Shown here piece by piece: positions 1-14,204 of a stretch of 64,000 nucleotides of DNA. Both the position numbers and the translations under genes were made by a program. Under the pieces are notes generated by a model. The model saw nothing but the letters and a program-made list of their open reading frames with translations, was not told the origin of the DNA and did no database searches. Location of the stretch: assembly GCA_047967505.1 (NCBI GenBank), contig CM106538.1; one strand, written 5' to 3'. This stretch comes from Dipteris shenzhenensis (Eukaryota). The stretch's first letter is position 1. Each line of letters opens with the position of its first letter.

Positions 1-795
1 TGTTGCTATGGCTTTCTTACACTACGCAAGCGACATTTTAGCCCTGGCTTTATGGGACATATCAAATCTGATACTTCAGGATGCCCGAATGCTCGTTGTG
101 TTTTTGGATTATTGGTTCTTGATTTGTGGGAACTTTATGGGCCTTCCTATTGTGTTGCTACGGATTTCTTACACTACCCAAGAGACATTTCAGCCATGGC
201 TTTGTGGACATCTCAAATCGCCCCTCCATACTCATCTTTGGAGTGACCGAAGCAATTTCCTCATACTTTCATCCTTGGTACAATAGAAACGGACACTTGA
301 ATATTTGCTGTGTTCATATACACCACATGAAATCGGTCATTTTATGTGGATTAATTGTGCAAAATATGAAGGCATGATTATAAAGGTTTGAGGAGGTTTG
401 ACCAGGTCGAACTTGGAGACAACAAGCTCTACTATACAGATGAAGAGCTCAAACATCAAACTTGAAGATCTCAAGCCCTGATTATGCATCATCACTATGT
501 CAAACAAGTTGAGATTTCCAGGAAGATTTTTCTATTTTTCACACATACTTTGCACTGTATCATGCACCAAACATAGTGCCTATACTTTGCACTATACTAT
601 GGACAAGTGCTTGTCTTATGTCCTTGTACTATCCACATGCAATTTGCACTGTATCCTCCAGCATTACACTGTATCATTCAAATTCGCATATGGCCATCCT
701 TTGTATATATATTCTCACATAGATATATATAGTGGCTCAGGTCTTTCCCTTGTACTCCCCAAGGGTTTTTTTATCTGTAGCTAGAGGGCCTAGTT

Positions 796-870
796 TGAGT
801 GGGGGTGTTAGAGCTATATATAGCTTGCCCTAACTCAACCTAGTCCTCAAAAGTTTATATATGCCTATGA
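796..870 (+). mobile_element. Possible polypurine tract / 3' LTR junction of a decayed Copia-type element
   Basis: TTGAGTGGGGG followed directly by TGTTAG at 806, a typical PPT-LTR junction; no partner LTR in the window. Confidence 0.3.
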
Positions 871-883
871 TCTATGAATAGAA

Positions 884-1250
884 TCACTTTCTTGGGAGCA
901 ACTCTTGTGTCGGTCTCTCTCCTCTTTCTCTTCTTCTCAACACAACTCTTGTGTCTGTCTCTCTCCTCTTTCTCTTCCTCTCAACATGGTGGCATGCAAC
1001 TATTTCATCCACAATCATTTCTGCACTTGCGGCTATCTGACCACCCAAAATGGCTACCACCCTTTCCACTCCCGGACCATTGCACTTCCCAATCTGTCTT
1101 TGAGGGTCGCCTAGGAAATGTTTGCGCATTCGAGTTCCTGAACCTGTGTACTCTTCATGGCAGATCTTACATCTCCACATTTGTGGTAGTTATGAGCGTA
1201 ACTTAGTCGCGGGCTTTTGCACGGTTTCGGCCTCGTTTCTCTAGAGCCAT
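884..1250 (-). pseudogene. hAT transposase relic, N-terminal BED zinc finger
   Basis: WRCKICHEEYTGSGTRMRKHFLG...GKC fits the BED W-x-C-xx-C...H...C pattern; a stop and frameshift lie upstream; the putative ATG (1250) abuts the CACAA element. Confidence 0.6.
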
Positions 1251-1944
1251 CACAACAAGACAAAGCACCTACAGACGTGCACACAGACGCGTTTATTGAA
1301 CTAAAAAAAAACTTATGGGCGCATCTATTTGCACATCTAGAGACCCGCATCTAACGATGCATCTATATAGCAGACAGACACGCATATAGACACGTAAATA
1401 GATACTCTGCTATAAATTTTAAAAAATAGACAGATGCATCGTGAAACGCGTGTATAGACGCATTTATAAACGGTCTTATAGACGTGCAAATAGACGCTCC
1501 TCGAACAAACAGACGCGTATATAGACGCATTTATAGATGGTTTGATAGACGCACTACATAATATTTTTTAAATTTACAGAATGCTGTGTATGTTGTGTAT
1601 GCTATGTAGTTACAGGAATCCCATTTCCACATTGTGTAATTCAATTCTTACAGCCAACCACATTTTAATTAGCACTCTTGCAAGCATGTCTATAGCCGAC
1701 AATTACAATTGCATATAAAACATTACAACTCCAAAACGTTTAGTTCACAAGGCATTAATTGATAGAACATTGCACAAGAAAATTGAAAGCTCAAAAAGTG
1801 CTTGTATGTACATATAGCACGAAGCTAAGCCACGTCCTATGGCTTCAAGTACCAAAAATAAGAGGAGTGTATATACAAGAGGCACGAATCCAAGCCTGTG
1901 GCTTTAAGTACAAAAAAGAGTAGCTAGCACTACTTCTACGACTA

Positions 1945-3580
1945 ATCTAAGTTCTCCACATCCTCGCTCCCTTCTATGCTCCCTTCTGCGCTCCCTTCTC
2001 TGCCTCCTTCCTCGTCTTCTTCCTCGTCTTCTTGTGCAGGGGCCTGTAAACAAGGGACAACATATATCAATGTATGAAAAATCAAATCTTTACTTATAAT
2101 ATTGACATTATTTAATTACTTTCAAATACCTCTCAGGGGGATCACTATGTATAAACCCTCTATACCACGTGCGTTCAAGGCCTATTTCTAAAATCCCTTA
2201 TCTGTAATTTTTTCATTAATAAAATGTACCCCTTTTCTATACAAATCTGTAAATTTTTTCCAAAACTATTTTAAATAGTCCCTTATGTATATTTATTTTT
2301 GTAAATTTTAGAAATAAAAAATATCCTTCTGTTGAACTCACGTGATAGAGTTACATATGATGAGTGACCCCCCCGAGAAATACCTCGGGGGACGCTCCAG
2401 TAGCCCGGATATACTGCTCCTTAGTAATCAACCCGTCATTATAAAAGTGCTTCCATGTATCTCCTCTGCAATGGTGGCAGTGGTAGGCTGTCTCGACAAG
2501 AGTAGGGTATCTGCCCACGATAGCAAGCTACAAGATGACACAATTTACGGAGGGGTTAGTACAAAGAAACAACCTCCTAATAAACTACATAAACAATATA
2601 ATTTGAGATCGATACTTACAAATTGGGCCTCCCATGATTCAACACCCCCTGCTCCACAATGCACGCTTCCATATTGCTCCATTTGGATCCTTCGTGCCTC
2701 CACGTGCTGCATACTGGGTTCCTCCCTTGCTAACTTCATTGCTTTCTTCCACTCATGCTTGTGAGTGGTGTGGGGCGGGCCCCTTGGTGGTTGACCTCCC
2801 TGGAGCCTAGCAAGCTTCGCTAGTGCCTGCCTCTTAAAAGCGAAGATCTTTTATTGCCAAGTATCGTAACAATCTTTGACTTGGCCCATTTATCTATGAA
2901 CTAAAGATTGGGGGGGTTAGGATACCTAGAGTGAACAGCAGCGAGGGTCTCATCAGCCAATCTCTTTGGCTAGTCTTTGTAGTGGATAAAGCAATCTCTG
3001 TAATTGTTAGCAATTACAGAGTGCATGAAGGCCATGATGTCCTTCCCCCATGCATCCATCAAGATGCCTCCTGTTTGAGTGATGTCATAGAAGATCGTAC
3101 CATCACCCCGAGGCACGTCTAAATCATATGAATCATCCTGGTCCCCACCATACCCCTCCCAAAGCACTGTGCCATGCATCCCCCACTACTCTCCCTGCTA
3201 CTACGCCTGCTACTGTATCGTGTCGAGCTAGTACGCTCGCCACTCGTAGCTAGAGACTGCACGGGACTACATGGACCACTCATAGCTAGAGAACCGAGTC
3301 TTGACTACACAGGAGTACGCCGATGGCTCTGTGAGACAAAAGGACCTCTTGACGGCATGGGGGAAGGGGCATAAGATGGCATGGGGGAAGGGGCTCGGCT
3401 GTGTAGCCGGCTGGGCTGTGCTGACTCCTCTGGGTTAATCTCAGCTGATGTGGGTTTGGGGTGGTTTGGAGTCTATAGTGCCGACTCCTGGGGGGTGTTT
3501 AGAGTACCCGTCATGTAGCCGTATAACTCCCCAGGACTGGGAGGGTGCCCTAAAAGGTTATATAACTCCCGAAAGATGGT
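1945..3580 (-). pseudogene. Family B ORF2 (TnpA-position gene), degenerate
   Basis: DGTIFYDITQTGGILMDAWGKDIMAFM and HCGAGGVESWEAQF match 44621-46045 and family A ORF2; frameshifts, stops and a MITE insertion; ends approximate. Confidence 0.7.
2132..2377 (+). mobile_element. 246-bp MITE, CTC...GAG termini, 8-bp TSD (copy 1)
   Basis: Ends CTCAGGGGGATCACT / AGTGACCCCCCCGAG; TSD AAATACCT at 2124-2131 and 2378-2385; empty site visible in the paralog near 45855-45872. Confidence 0.92.
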
Positions 3581-4308
3581 CTCTCGAAGATCAAGTGAGC
3601 TTGAAGAGCTTTCTGGAAATGAACTGGAAAAAAGAAAAAAAGAAAATTACTGATGAGTTGAGAAGAGAAAAAGAAGAGAAAAAGAGAGAGAAAAATTACC
3701 ACAAAAAGAGAGGGAAAGAGAGGATAAAAGAGAGAAGGAATGAGAGGCAAATATAGGAAAAGAGAGAAGAAAAGAGAGGCAAATCCTTTTCTTGGAAGTG
3801 AAAGTGGAAAGGGAAAGGGAAAGGGAAGAGGAAAGAGAAAGGAAAGGAAAGGGAAGGGAAGAGAAGAGAAGGGAAGGGAAGGGAAGAGAAGGAAAGGGAA
3901 GGGAAGGGTCTAAAAGTGTCGGAGCATGTCTATAGACGCATCTGAGAAGTGCGTCTATTTTTACGTATAATAGCACATCTATAGACGTGGCTATCTATTT
4001 TTGAAAATAGAGTAGATGCGTCTATAGACACACCTGTAGACGTGATTTTAGACGCGCTTCGATAGACGAACTATTCTAAAAAGTTGAAAAGGACATGTGC
4101 CCGACACAAAAGCGTAACACTGATACCAAAATCATTCGTTTCTTGGATATGACAAAGGACGAATCCAAAGAGAGCAACTTTCAAAGAAGATCAACCGTAA
4201 AGAGACTTACCTTGGATAGAGGTATGGAAGCTTCTTGTCCTTCTTCAAAGTTGCTTCTCTTCCTTGTTCACCCTCTTCTCCTATGTGCTTGGAGATGATT
4301 GTGTAAGC

Positions 4309-4554
4309 CTCGGGTAGGTCACTATGTATAAACCCTCTATATCACGTGCGTTCAAGGCCTATTTTTAAAATCCCTTATTTGTAAATTTTTCATCAATAAA
4401 ATGTACCCCTTTTCTATACAAATCTATAATTTTTTTCCAAAACTATTTTAAATAGTCCCTTATGTATATATATTTCTGTAAATTTTAGAAATAAAAAATA
4501 TCCTTCTGTTGAACTCACGTGATAGGGTTACATATGATGAGTGACCCCCCCGAG
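4309..4554 (+). mobile_element. 246-bp MITE (copy 2)
   Basis: Near-identical to copy 1; TSD GTGTAAGC at 4301-4308 and 4555-4562. Confidence 0.92.
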
Positions 4555-4702
4555 GTGTAAGCCTGGAAGTAAGTGTGGGTGCCTGGAGATAAGTGTCAGA
4601 CTGTCGATCTGTTAATAGCAAAGCAAGCAAGCCACGTGAAGCTTATGTGAAGAAAAGCAAAGCAAGCATGCTAAAAGAAGATTCCGTATCCACCATCGCG
4701 AA

Positions 4703-6512
4703 ATGTGGTTGGAGAAAAAAATCAAATGTATGTGTGATCGATGTCGAGGAAACATGTATCGTGCACGCAGGATTACACTCAATCACATCTCAAAGTATGG
4801 AGAATGGGATGCGACCACGAACATGGTAAGTGTTAAAGAGTTAAGGTTGATTGAGATACCTATGTGTGTTCATATGTTTGAGTTATGATCCCATTTTAAT
4901 TTGATACAGGATGCAGTGCCACACCCGCATATGTTGTCCTATGCTCGTCGTGAGGAGGTGAAGCATCGGCGATATGAGGTGGGATCTTCAAGAGGGACTG
5001 TTACGGATGCATGGAGTGATGGTGATAGTAGCCCTCCGCCATTACCTCATGAAGCCATGGAGGAGGAGGTGTTTGATGATATGGTGCGGGATTTATATGT
5101 CCATCAATCTGAAGGGAGGGATGATAGCATGGAGCAGGACGATCTTTTTACCGCAGCATCGACTCCACTGTTTGAGGGGTGCACATTCTCTGTCCTACGT
5201 GCCTCCCTTCAGTTACTAAACTTGCAAACCATCTATGGATGGAGCAATGCAAGTTTGAATGCATTACTCAAGTAAGCTTTAAAGTCTATTTTGCAAACAT
5301 GGTGAATTATGCTAGTGGGTCAATTACTCGAATGCTTTTCCTCATTTATGGTCTTCACGTGCAAGCTATTATGTAAAATGCTTCCAAGGGAGAATAAATT
5401 ACCGACCTCAAGAGATATGGCAAGGCGACATGTGACCTCTCTTGGAGGATTAGATTACAAGTGCATCCATGCATGCATCAACGATTGCGTTTTGTTTCAT
5501 GGACTACATAAGGATGCAAAAGAGTGTCCTACTTGTGGAGAGGCAAGATATAGAGCAGATCTCAAAACTTTGGACGTGCCTCGTAAGGTTCTGCGACATT
5601 TTCCCATAATCCCTCGCATCCAACATATGTTCAAGTGCAAATCCATTGCAGAGCTCATGTCATGGCATTCCTCCCATCGATCAACCGATGGCAAGTGGAG
5701 AACTCCTGCAGACACTCCTGTGTGGAAGCATATTGAAGACACATGGCCAAGCTTCAAGGAAGAACCTAGGATCTTGGGACTTGGATTGGGTATGGACAGT
5801 GTGAACCCATTTGGTCTCAAAAGCACCTCTTACAGTGTATGGCCAGTGATATTGGTGAATTATAATCTTCCACCCTCTATGGCTATTAAGAAAGGACATG
5901 TTATGTTGTTCCTTCTAATTCCAGGGAAACATAAAGTCAAAAATCCTGATGTTTATTTGGAGCCTTTGATTGATGAGCTAGAGATACTTTGGAGAGGTAT
6001 CGAGGTGCATGATGTGAGCAGGCCTCCCTCATCACGAGACTTCAACTGCAAAGTAGTCTTGATGTGGATGATGCATGACTTCCTAGGCTATGGCGAGTGT
6101 TCAGGTAAGCATTGCACTTTTAATTATGAGTAGGCAACCGATGTGGCACCTTGAACCCACCTTCAACTCTTAATTGCATCTATTGTTCAAGTCTCACTAC
6201 ATCGGGTTACCATGCATGTCCTATTTGTGGTCCTTCACTAGTTGCCTCACGGGCAGACGCATTGAATAAGGTCATCTATGAGAATCACCATCGATTTCTC
6301 CCACCTGATCATCCTAGATATGTTGCCCCTTGGAATGAAGTCCTCCCACAATCACTCACTACGGGAGATTGGATGAGAATTTGGGATGGTTCCACGACTC
6401 CTCCACCACTTGGCATGAGCCGGTAAGGGTTTGTAACTATTGTGTGCTATATTGGCTGGAAATAAAGATTGCCCGCTAACACCAGCTTTTGTTTATATAC
6501 TCCATCTTTTAT
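4703..6512 (+). pseudogene. Family B TnpD transposase, 5' part
   Basis: KCMCDRC...H N-terminal motif; IHACINDCVLF, LGMDSVNPF and WMMHDFLGY of the Transposase_21 region; GT-AG introns; cut at ...SIFY by the CACTA insertion. Confidence 0.88.
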
Positions 6513-7124
6513 CACTACAAGGCATAGGCCCTTTTCCGACGAAAATACCGATGCTTTTTACATTTTTTTTTTTTCACCGGCGCAAACGTCGTTATAAAAG
6601 TCGCTAAAAGCATCGGAAAAGAACCGTCGCTATATAGCAACACTACAAATCGTTGCTATATAGCGACACTGGTAAACGTCGCTATATAGCAATGATTAAT
6701 AGAAGTAAAAAAAAAAGTGTTAGTGGGGCCTAACAAGGCCATAGCAAGCCCTGTTTTGCCCTTTTTTTTAATTACAAAATTTCCCTTGCGAAAAGGGTGA
6801 TACAAAATTGCTCAAATGAAATGATCGAGCAACAAAAGGATATACATGTCGAACATATACAACATTGTTTGTTACAAAATTACCCTTTCGAAAAGGGTGA
6901 TACAAAATTGCTCAAACGAGTGGATATACAAAATGACATACATGGCGAAGTATATGCAAACTGCTACTACTACTACTACTACTACTACATATTCGAATCG
7001 TCCTCGTCGTCCTCGTCTTGTTGCCCTGATCCTTGGTCCTCTTGAGCTATGCCTTCTCCCTGATCCTCGTCTTGTTGGCCTGTGATCCTTGGCCCTACTG
7101 ATCGCTCGCCTCTGGTGATGGGAT

Positions 7125-9265
7125 GCGCTTATGCTTATACATGAGCATAAGAACATGAGCATGAAAGAGGGGAAAGAGGGTGGAAAAGAGGAGAAGAGAG
7201 AAGAAGAGGGAACGGAAAGAGAGATTGGAAAGGGGGAAAGAGGGAAAGAAAGAGAGAAGAAGAGGGAAAGTAAAGAGGGAAAAAGAGACATATGCTCATG
7301 CATGAGCATATGTCTCCTTCTCTTATGCTCATGCATACGCATAAGCATGAGCATATGTCTCCTTCTCTTATGCTTATGCTTATGCATAAGCATAAGCATA
7401 AGAGAAGGAGACATATGCTCATGCTTATGCGTATGCATGAGCCTCGCATGAGCATAAGAGAATGAGCATGAAAGAGGGAAAAGAGGGGGAAAAAGAGAGG
7501 AAGAGAGACGAAGAGGGAAAGTAAAGAGGGAAAAAGAGACATATGCTCATGCTTATGCATGAGCATATGTCTCCTTCTCTTATGCTCATGCGTAAGAATA
7601 AGCATGAGCATATGTCTCCTTCTCTTATGCTTATGCATAACAGGAGAGAAGAAGAGGGAACAGAAAGAGAGATTGGAAAGGGGGAAAGAGGGAAAGAAAG
7701 GGAGAAGAAGAGGGAAAGTAAAGAGGGAAAAAGAGACATATGCTCATGCTTATCCATGAGCATATGTCTACTTCTCTTATGCTCATGCATAAGCATAAGC
7801 ATGAGCATATGTCTCCTTCTTTTATGCTTATGCTTATGCATATGCATAAGAGGAGTCTTATGCATAAGCATAAGCATAAGCATAAGAGAATGAGACATAT
7901 GCTCATGCTTATGCTCATGCTTATGCTTATGCTTATGCATGAGCATAAGAACATGAGCATGAAAGAGGGAAAAGAGGGTGAAAAAGAGGAGAAGAGAGAA
8001 GAAGAGGGAACGGAAAGAGAGATTGGAAAGGGGGAAAGAGGGAAAGAAAGAGAGAAGAAGAGGGAAAGTAAAGAGGGAAAAAGAGACATATGCTCATGCA
8101 TGAGCATATGTCTCCTTCTCTTATGCTCATGCATAAGCATAAGCATGAGCATATGTCTCCTTCTCTTATGCTTATGCATAAGCATAAGCATAAGCATTAT
8201 GTTCATGCTTATGCATATACATGAGCATAAGAGAATGAGCATGAAAGAGGGAAAAGAGGGGGAAAAAGAGAGGAAGAGAGAAGAAGAGGGAAAGTAAAGA
8301 GGGAAAAAGAGACATATGCTCATGCATGAGCATATGTCTCCTTCTCTTATGCTCATGCATAAGCATAAGCATGAGCATATGTCTCCTTCTCTTATGCTTA
8401 TGCTTATGCTTATGCATAAGCATAAGCATAAGCATTATGCTCATGCTTATGCGTATGCATGAGCATAAGAGAATGAGCATGAAAGAGGGAAAAGAGGGGG
8501 AAAAAGAGAGGAAGAGAGAAGAAGAGGGAAAGTAAAGAGGTAAAAAGAGACATATGCTCATGCTTATGCATGAGCATATGTCTCCTTCTCTTATGCTCAT
8601 GCATAAGCACAAGCATGAGCATATGTCTCCTTTTCTTATGCTTATGCTTATGCTTATGCATAAGACTCTTCTTATGCATATGCATAAGCATATGCTCATG
8701 CTTATGCTTATGCATGAGCATAAGAGCATGAGCATGAAAGAGGGAAAAGAGGGGGGGAAAGAGGAGAAGAGAGAAGAAGAGGGAAAGGAAAGAGAGATTG
8801 GAAAAGGGGAAAGAGGGAAAGAAAGAGAGAAGAAGAGGGAAAGGAAAGAGGGAAAAAGAGACATATGCTCATGCTTATGCATGAGCATATGTCTCCTTCT
8901 CTTATGCTCATGCATAAGCATAAGCATGAGCATATATCGCCTTCTCTTATGCTTATGCTTATGCTTATGCATAAGAGGAGTCTTATGCATAAGCATAAGC
9001 ATATGCTCATGCTTATGCATGAGCATAAGAGCATGAGCATGAAAGAGAAAAAAGAGCAAGGGAAAGAGAAGAAGAAGAAGAGAGAAGAAGAGGGAAAGGA
9101 AAGAGAGATTGGAAAAGGGGAAAAAGGGAAAGAAAGAGAGAAGAAGAGGAAAAGGAAAGAGGGAAAAAGAGACATATGCTCATGCTTATGCATGAGCATA
9201 TGTCTCCTTCTTTTATGCTCATGCTTATGCTTATGCTTATGCATGAGCATAAGAGCATGAGCATG
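7125..9265. repeat. GCTTAT/ATAAGC palindromic hexamer satellite with purine-rich spacers
   Basis: Recurrent GCTTATGCTTATGCATAAGCATAAGC blocks alternating with GA-rich blocks in higher-order units. Confidence 0.95.
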
Positions 9266-9795
9266 AAAGAGGGAAAAGAGGGGGGGAAAGAGGAGAAGAA
9301 GAGGGAAACGAAAGAGGAAAAAAGAGGGGGAAAGAGATTGAAAGATTGAACGAGAAGGAGAAGGAGAAGGAGAGGAGGGAATGAAGAGGAGAGAAGAGGG
9401 AAAGAAGAGGGAAGAGAGGGAAAGAGAGGGTTCCTATGCCCATCACTGCAGCTAGTGCTTAAGGCGCTAGCTGCAGGCCAATACAAATAAAAAAAATAAC
9501 AAATGGAAAAAAGAGGAAGCACTTACCTGGAATAGTACGTCCCGCTCGATGTTTTGTGGACTGGCCCTACAAAAGAGAGGAGTCTTCTTTCTTTCTTGAA
9601 ATCTCGTTTTTTGTTTCAATCCTTTGAAATCAAGCATGAAAACTAGTACGCAGCTTTAGCAATATAAGGAGAAGCACTCACAAAATGAAATCTCACAAAC
9701 ACTACTACACACGCATCCTATTGCGACGTTTACGTATCGACGATTAGCGCCCGCTTAGCGTTAATCGTCGGTATAAAAATCGGGTGTCGTAAATC

Positions 9796-9940
9796 GTCGC
9801 TATATAGCGACTTTTAATAAGCGTCGCTATATAGCGACGTTAGTACAAGTCGCTATATAGCGACTTTTAAAGGTCGCTATATAGCGACCTTAGTAAAAGT
9901 CGCTATATAACGACTTTTACTAAGGTCGCTATATAGCGAC
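9796..9940. repeat. Left subterminal array of the 16-bp palindrome GTCGCTATATAGCGAC
   Basis: Five perfect copies and one imperfect copy. Confidence 0.95.
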
Positions 9941-10140
9941 ACTGAGACTATATTATAGCGACGTTTTACAGAGAGGTTTTTTTTTTTTTTTTAGCCTTAA
10001 AATTTATTTTCTTCCAATGACAAAATTTTTTAAATTTTCATACATGTTTCAGCTCATAGAGAAATAAAAAATGAGAGCATGTACATCAAGCCTTTGAAGC
10101 TCATATATTCATGTCCAAGTTGGAGATGAGAAAAATCAAA

Positions 10141-13100
10141 TTAAATAAGAGCATTTACATCAACTGTTTCATCTTGAGCCAAGTCTAAGGCGCCAAGCAA
10201 GTCTATCTCCAACTCTATACCGAGTTGATCTCCTATATCATCATCGTACTCTAGCATCGTACGTTCACCTAAAAGTATTTGATCATCTTCTTCAATTAAG
10301 CTTAAGTGTGGTGATTGATCTTGACGATTGTTGTCTTCCTCGTCAATATCGTGATCTCCATCCTCCTCCCGTGCGATGTCATTATGTGCATCTTCCTCTT
10401 GCCTCATATGGTGATCTATATCTTCTTCGCTAGATTCATCAATTGGATCCGGATTTGGTAGTGGCATCTCCATATCCACATCTCGATCTTCAAAAATCTG
10501 CTTACTTCGTGGTGCAACTTGGATCACGTACCACCATCTTGGATCAGAACGATCCGGATGAAAAACCACCTATATTGAAGATGAAAAATCACGTGCCAAA
10601 TGTTGTCAATTATATATATATCAATGGACTTAAAAAACGAAAGCTTCGACTAATTAAATCATTAGTATGCACCTGCTCACAGTGCTCGGGAAGAACAAAA
10701 GTATCACTTTCATCGGTCCAATGTTTGGTGGAGTCTATTGCAAAGAGACCGCTACCATCTTTTCTCACAGTTGCATGGGGACCGTTGTAAGTAGTTCTAA
10801 ACCATTTTACATCAAGAATGAAAATAGTAAATCGTCTGAAATCAATTTCATAGATGTCGCGTATGGTTCCACAATAATCCAACTGTGAGGAGAGAAGATT
10901 GGTATCCGAAGCACTTGCTCGGCTATCTTGTGTGAAGTTAGCCATGACTCCACAATCATACGTGACTCTCTTTGAATCGATGCGTTCTATGCGAAAATGT
11001 CGTCCATATGACCATAATGCACTGTACTTTTTGTACTGTAAAAGAGCATCATTAAAACAATGAAGATGCACCTATTTTATAGCATATATTGCCACAAATA
11101 ATTACTTAATTACATCAAGAGATAAGAAACTTACATGCACCATACATCCAGATGATAACTCCCGCTCGCGCTCGTTTATTGTCTCTCCATCACGTTCGGC
11201 TTTACGTATAGCTAGTTGTAGCCAATCAAGTGACATGTGAGTAGGGAGAAGAGCCAGATCTCGTGGATATGGTTGTGATCGCCTGTACATTACTCTGAAT
11301 CTCGTCCTTGCATTTATTCTTTCTGCTTTGGCCACTTCATATCTCTCAATCCACTTCTGCATCTCAGGGCTATTGAGGATACAAAACTTATTGAATTTCT
11401 CCATTTGCTCTTCGCTCATCTTTCTTTCAATCCCTTTTCCTTGGGGGACCTCGCCAATGATGCGATCATCATCCTTGTTGTGCCAAGCTTGCGGCATATT
11501 AGGATCCGTGGATGCAAGAAACTCTGTGATATATACTAATGACTCTTGCACAAGCCATCCCTCTGCCATGCTTGCTTCTGGTCTTGCTCTTTGTCTTACA
11601 AACCCCTTTAAAGTTTTCATAAACCGCTCGAGAAAAAACATCCATCGATTATGAACGGTACCTGCTATAGCCACCTCATCAACTATGTGCACAAGCAAGT
11701 GGACTTGAGTTGTCATAATGCTTGAGGGAAAGTGCTTCTCAAGCAAGCATACGGCTTCGATGGATTCCACCCTAGCCTTCTCGATGCTCGATATAGAGAT
11801 CTCTTTTTGAGATATCCACCTATTTCACATGTCCATGCATATGTAAGATATTTGAGATATCCACCTATTTCACATGTCCATGAAGAAAATAGATAATGCG
11901 AATTGATAGTAAGCATACCTCACAATACCACAGATCTTGAATATAGCATTTCTAACATCTTCTTGTAAGCACCCTTTTATTGTAATTGGAAGGATGAACT
12001 ATCAAAGCAACAATGAAATCATGTCAACAATATAACATAATAATAATTACGCTAATGCATCACTATTATCGGTACACTAATTCTACTTAGAATACCTGTA
12101 AGACCTTGTGCCAATCATGGGACTTGAGGCCACTAAGCTTATTGTCCTTTGAAAATGCTCCTTTCAAGCAACGCATGTACCCTGTCGGTGTTTGAAAAGA
12201 GGCAATGTCTGCCTTGATCGCTGCCTCCTCCCTCGTAGAGAGGATCCACGTTGCTTTCGGGAGGACAACTTTTCCTGAAGCATGCACTTGGGGCCACAAA
12301 CGAGACATCCTATTCATAGCACGCAAGTCTTCTCGCACTCCTCTCGAGTCCTTGGAACCAACCAAGTGTGCCCAAATGGTAGCCCCCACATTCTTAAAGA
12401 TATGCATGGGATCCAAGAGATGATTCATTTGTAACTGACCCCAATAAGGAAGCTCGTGAAAGATCGATAGCCTCTTCATACCAGGAGGAGGTTCCTCTCC
12501 ATTCTCCCTCCAAGCTTGAATCCAATCACTTGCTTTTAAATATGATGGTGGTGGATCAAGCTGACCTCCACGTGCGAGATGGTCGAGCGGAAGGTATCGA
12601 GCATGACCTTCATAAACATTTTTCCTCATGTGTTTGGAGTAGCGTGCAAGCGATTTCAGAGCGGGTCCACAAACAGGACAAGCATGGTACCCACTTGTAG
12701 CAAGCCCTGCACGTGTGCATGAATATGTTAGTACAAGACATGCGTGCAAAAGAGAGTAAAAAAAGCATAATCCCTCATTGTACATGTAAAGACATAACCA
12801 CGTACCTGCGCACTCTCCATATCCTGGGTAGTCATGCATGGTCCACATCAAGATACCCCTGACGGAAATATCATTGGTATGCCTAGGAGCTCTGGAAATA
12901 TCAAAGACCTGCACTCCTCTCCATAATATCTGTAAGTCCTCTATCAAAGGTGCCATGTACACGTCCATGTTTCTTGCCTTGTACTTTCCTGGCACAAGTA
13001 GTGCAAGCATGAGGTGTCCCTTTTTTATTGTTAGCCATGGTGGGATATTGTAATTCACCACGACTATGGGCCATGTCGACCAAGATGTCGAGCATAACCG

Positions 13101-14204
13101 GAAAGGATTCACGCCGTCCATGGCTAGCCCAAGATGTAAGTTGCGTGGCTCTCTCGCAAAGTCCGGCCACTGATTATCTATGTGCTTCCAAGCCACACAA
13201 TCTGCGGGAATCCTCAATGTGTGATCAGTGGACCGATGAGATGCATGCCATGTCATCAACTCCGCTATGGATTTGCATCGAAACATGTGTTGTATTCTTG
13301 CAATGATGGGAAAGTGTCTTAAGACCTTTACCGGTATCCTCTCACCCTGCAAGTCATCTCTATATCGTTGTTCCCCACACTTTGGACAACTAGCCAAATC
13401 TCCATGCTCACGATGAAAGAGAATACAATCATTACGGCAAGCATGGATGGTATCATAATCCATACCCACCATTGTTAGCATCTTTTTCGCTTCATCTCTT
13501 GATGCGGGCATGGTATTTGGTGCATGCAACATCTTTTGGAGCAACCTATGACAAAGACACTATCCAAATGATGATTCTCAAAACAAACAATATCCAAATA
13601 ATGAGTCAATCAAATTAATGCAAGGGCTAACCTCATTAAGGCCGAGACACTTGTATCCGACCACCCATACTGTACTTGTAGATTCAAGATTGAGAGACAA
13701 GCACGTAGTTTAGACATCCTGGCACCCTCGTACAATTGTGTTGATTGCAACTCTCGCATTTTCACCTCAGACTCTGACATCACGTGTACGTGGGATGTAG
13801 TGCCCCTAAAAATGGAATCCATCATGTCGACCATACCCTCGTCGTCATCTGGGAGACTATAGTCTTGTTGAAAGTGAGAAGGTATATGTGTACCCTCGTC
13901 ACCCTCGTCATCCTGTCATAAGCTCATTCGTGTAAATAGAAGATCTTCTAATTCCGGGTATACAATAAGATTGCGAACTTAAATAGCTTTGACTTACCGA
14001 TGATCCATCAACATGTGCAACACCAACGGGGGGTACTGGTTCCGGCTCCTCCCCATACATCCGCAAGTGGCGCATGATAATACGACGTTGATGTCGTACT
14101 TCTCGCTTGCAATGAGTGCAATGACAATATAACCTCTCCGTAAGCCACTTCGTGCTCCCGGGCGTTGGCGCATCATCGGATGAGCTTCCACTCGTCCCTT
14201 CCAT
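10141..14204 (-). CDS. tnpD: CACTA TnpD-type transposase, about 1131 aa, 8 exons (14204-13998, 13912-13632, 13545-12806, 12706-12096, 11998-11919, 11819-11135, 11035-10673, 10569-10141)
   Basis: GT-AG introns give one open frame of 3396 nt; CHCTHC...H, LAMDGVNPF, WTMHDYPGY, LDPMHIFKN, GLKSHDWH, HNRWMFFLERFM, FVLPEHCEQV; acidic C-terminal tail. Confidence 0.9.

Noticed and set aside
1-480. Overlapping short ORFs at the window start
   Set aside because: No recognisable motif; probably decayed retroelement interior, but not supportable.
6872-9522. Many ORFs encoding MLMLMHKHKH or CLCISIS peptides (also 15246-18296)
   Set aside because: Translation artefacts of the GCTTAT/ATAAGC satellite, open in several frames on both strands.
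12707-12805. Segment TWLCLYMYNEG...CTRA as part of the transposase
   Set aside because: It is a 99-nt in-frame GT-AG intron; family B has an intron at the same position.
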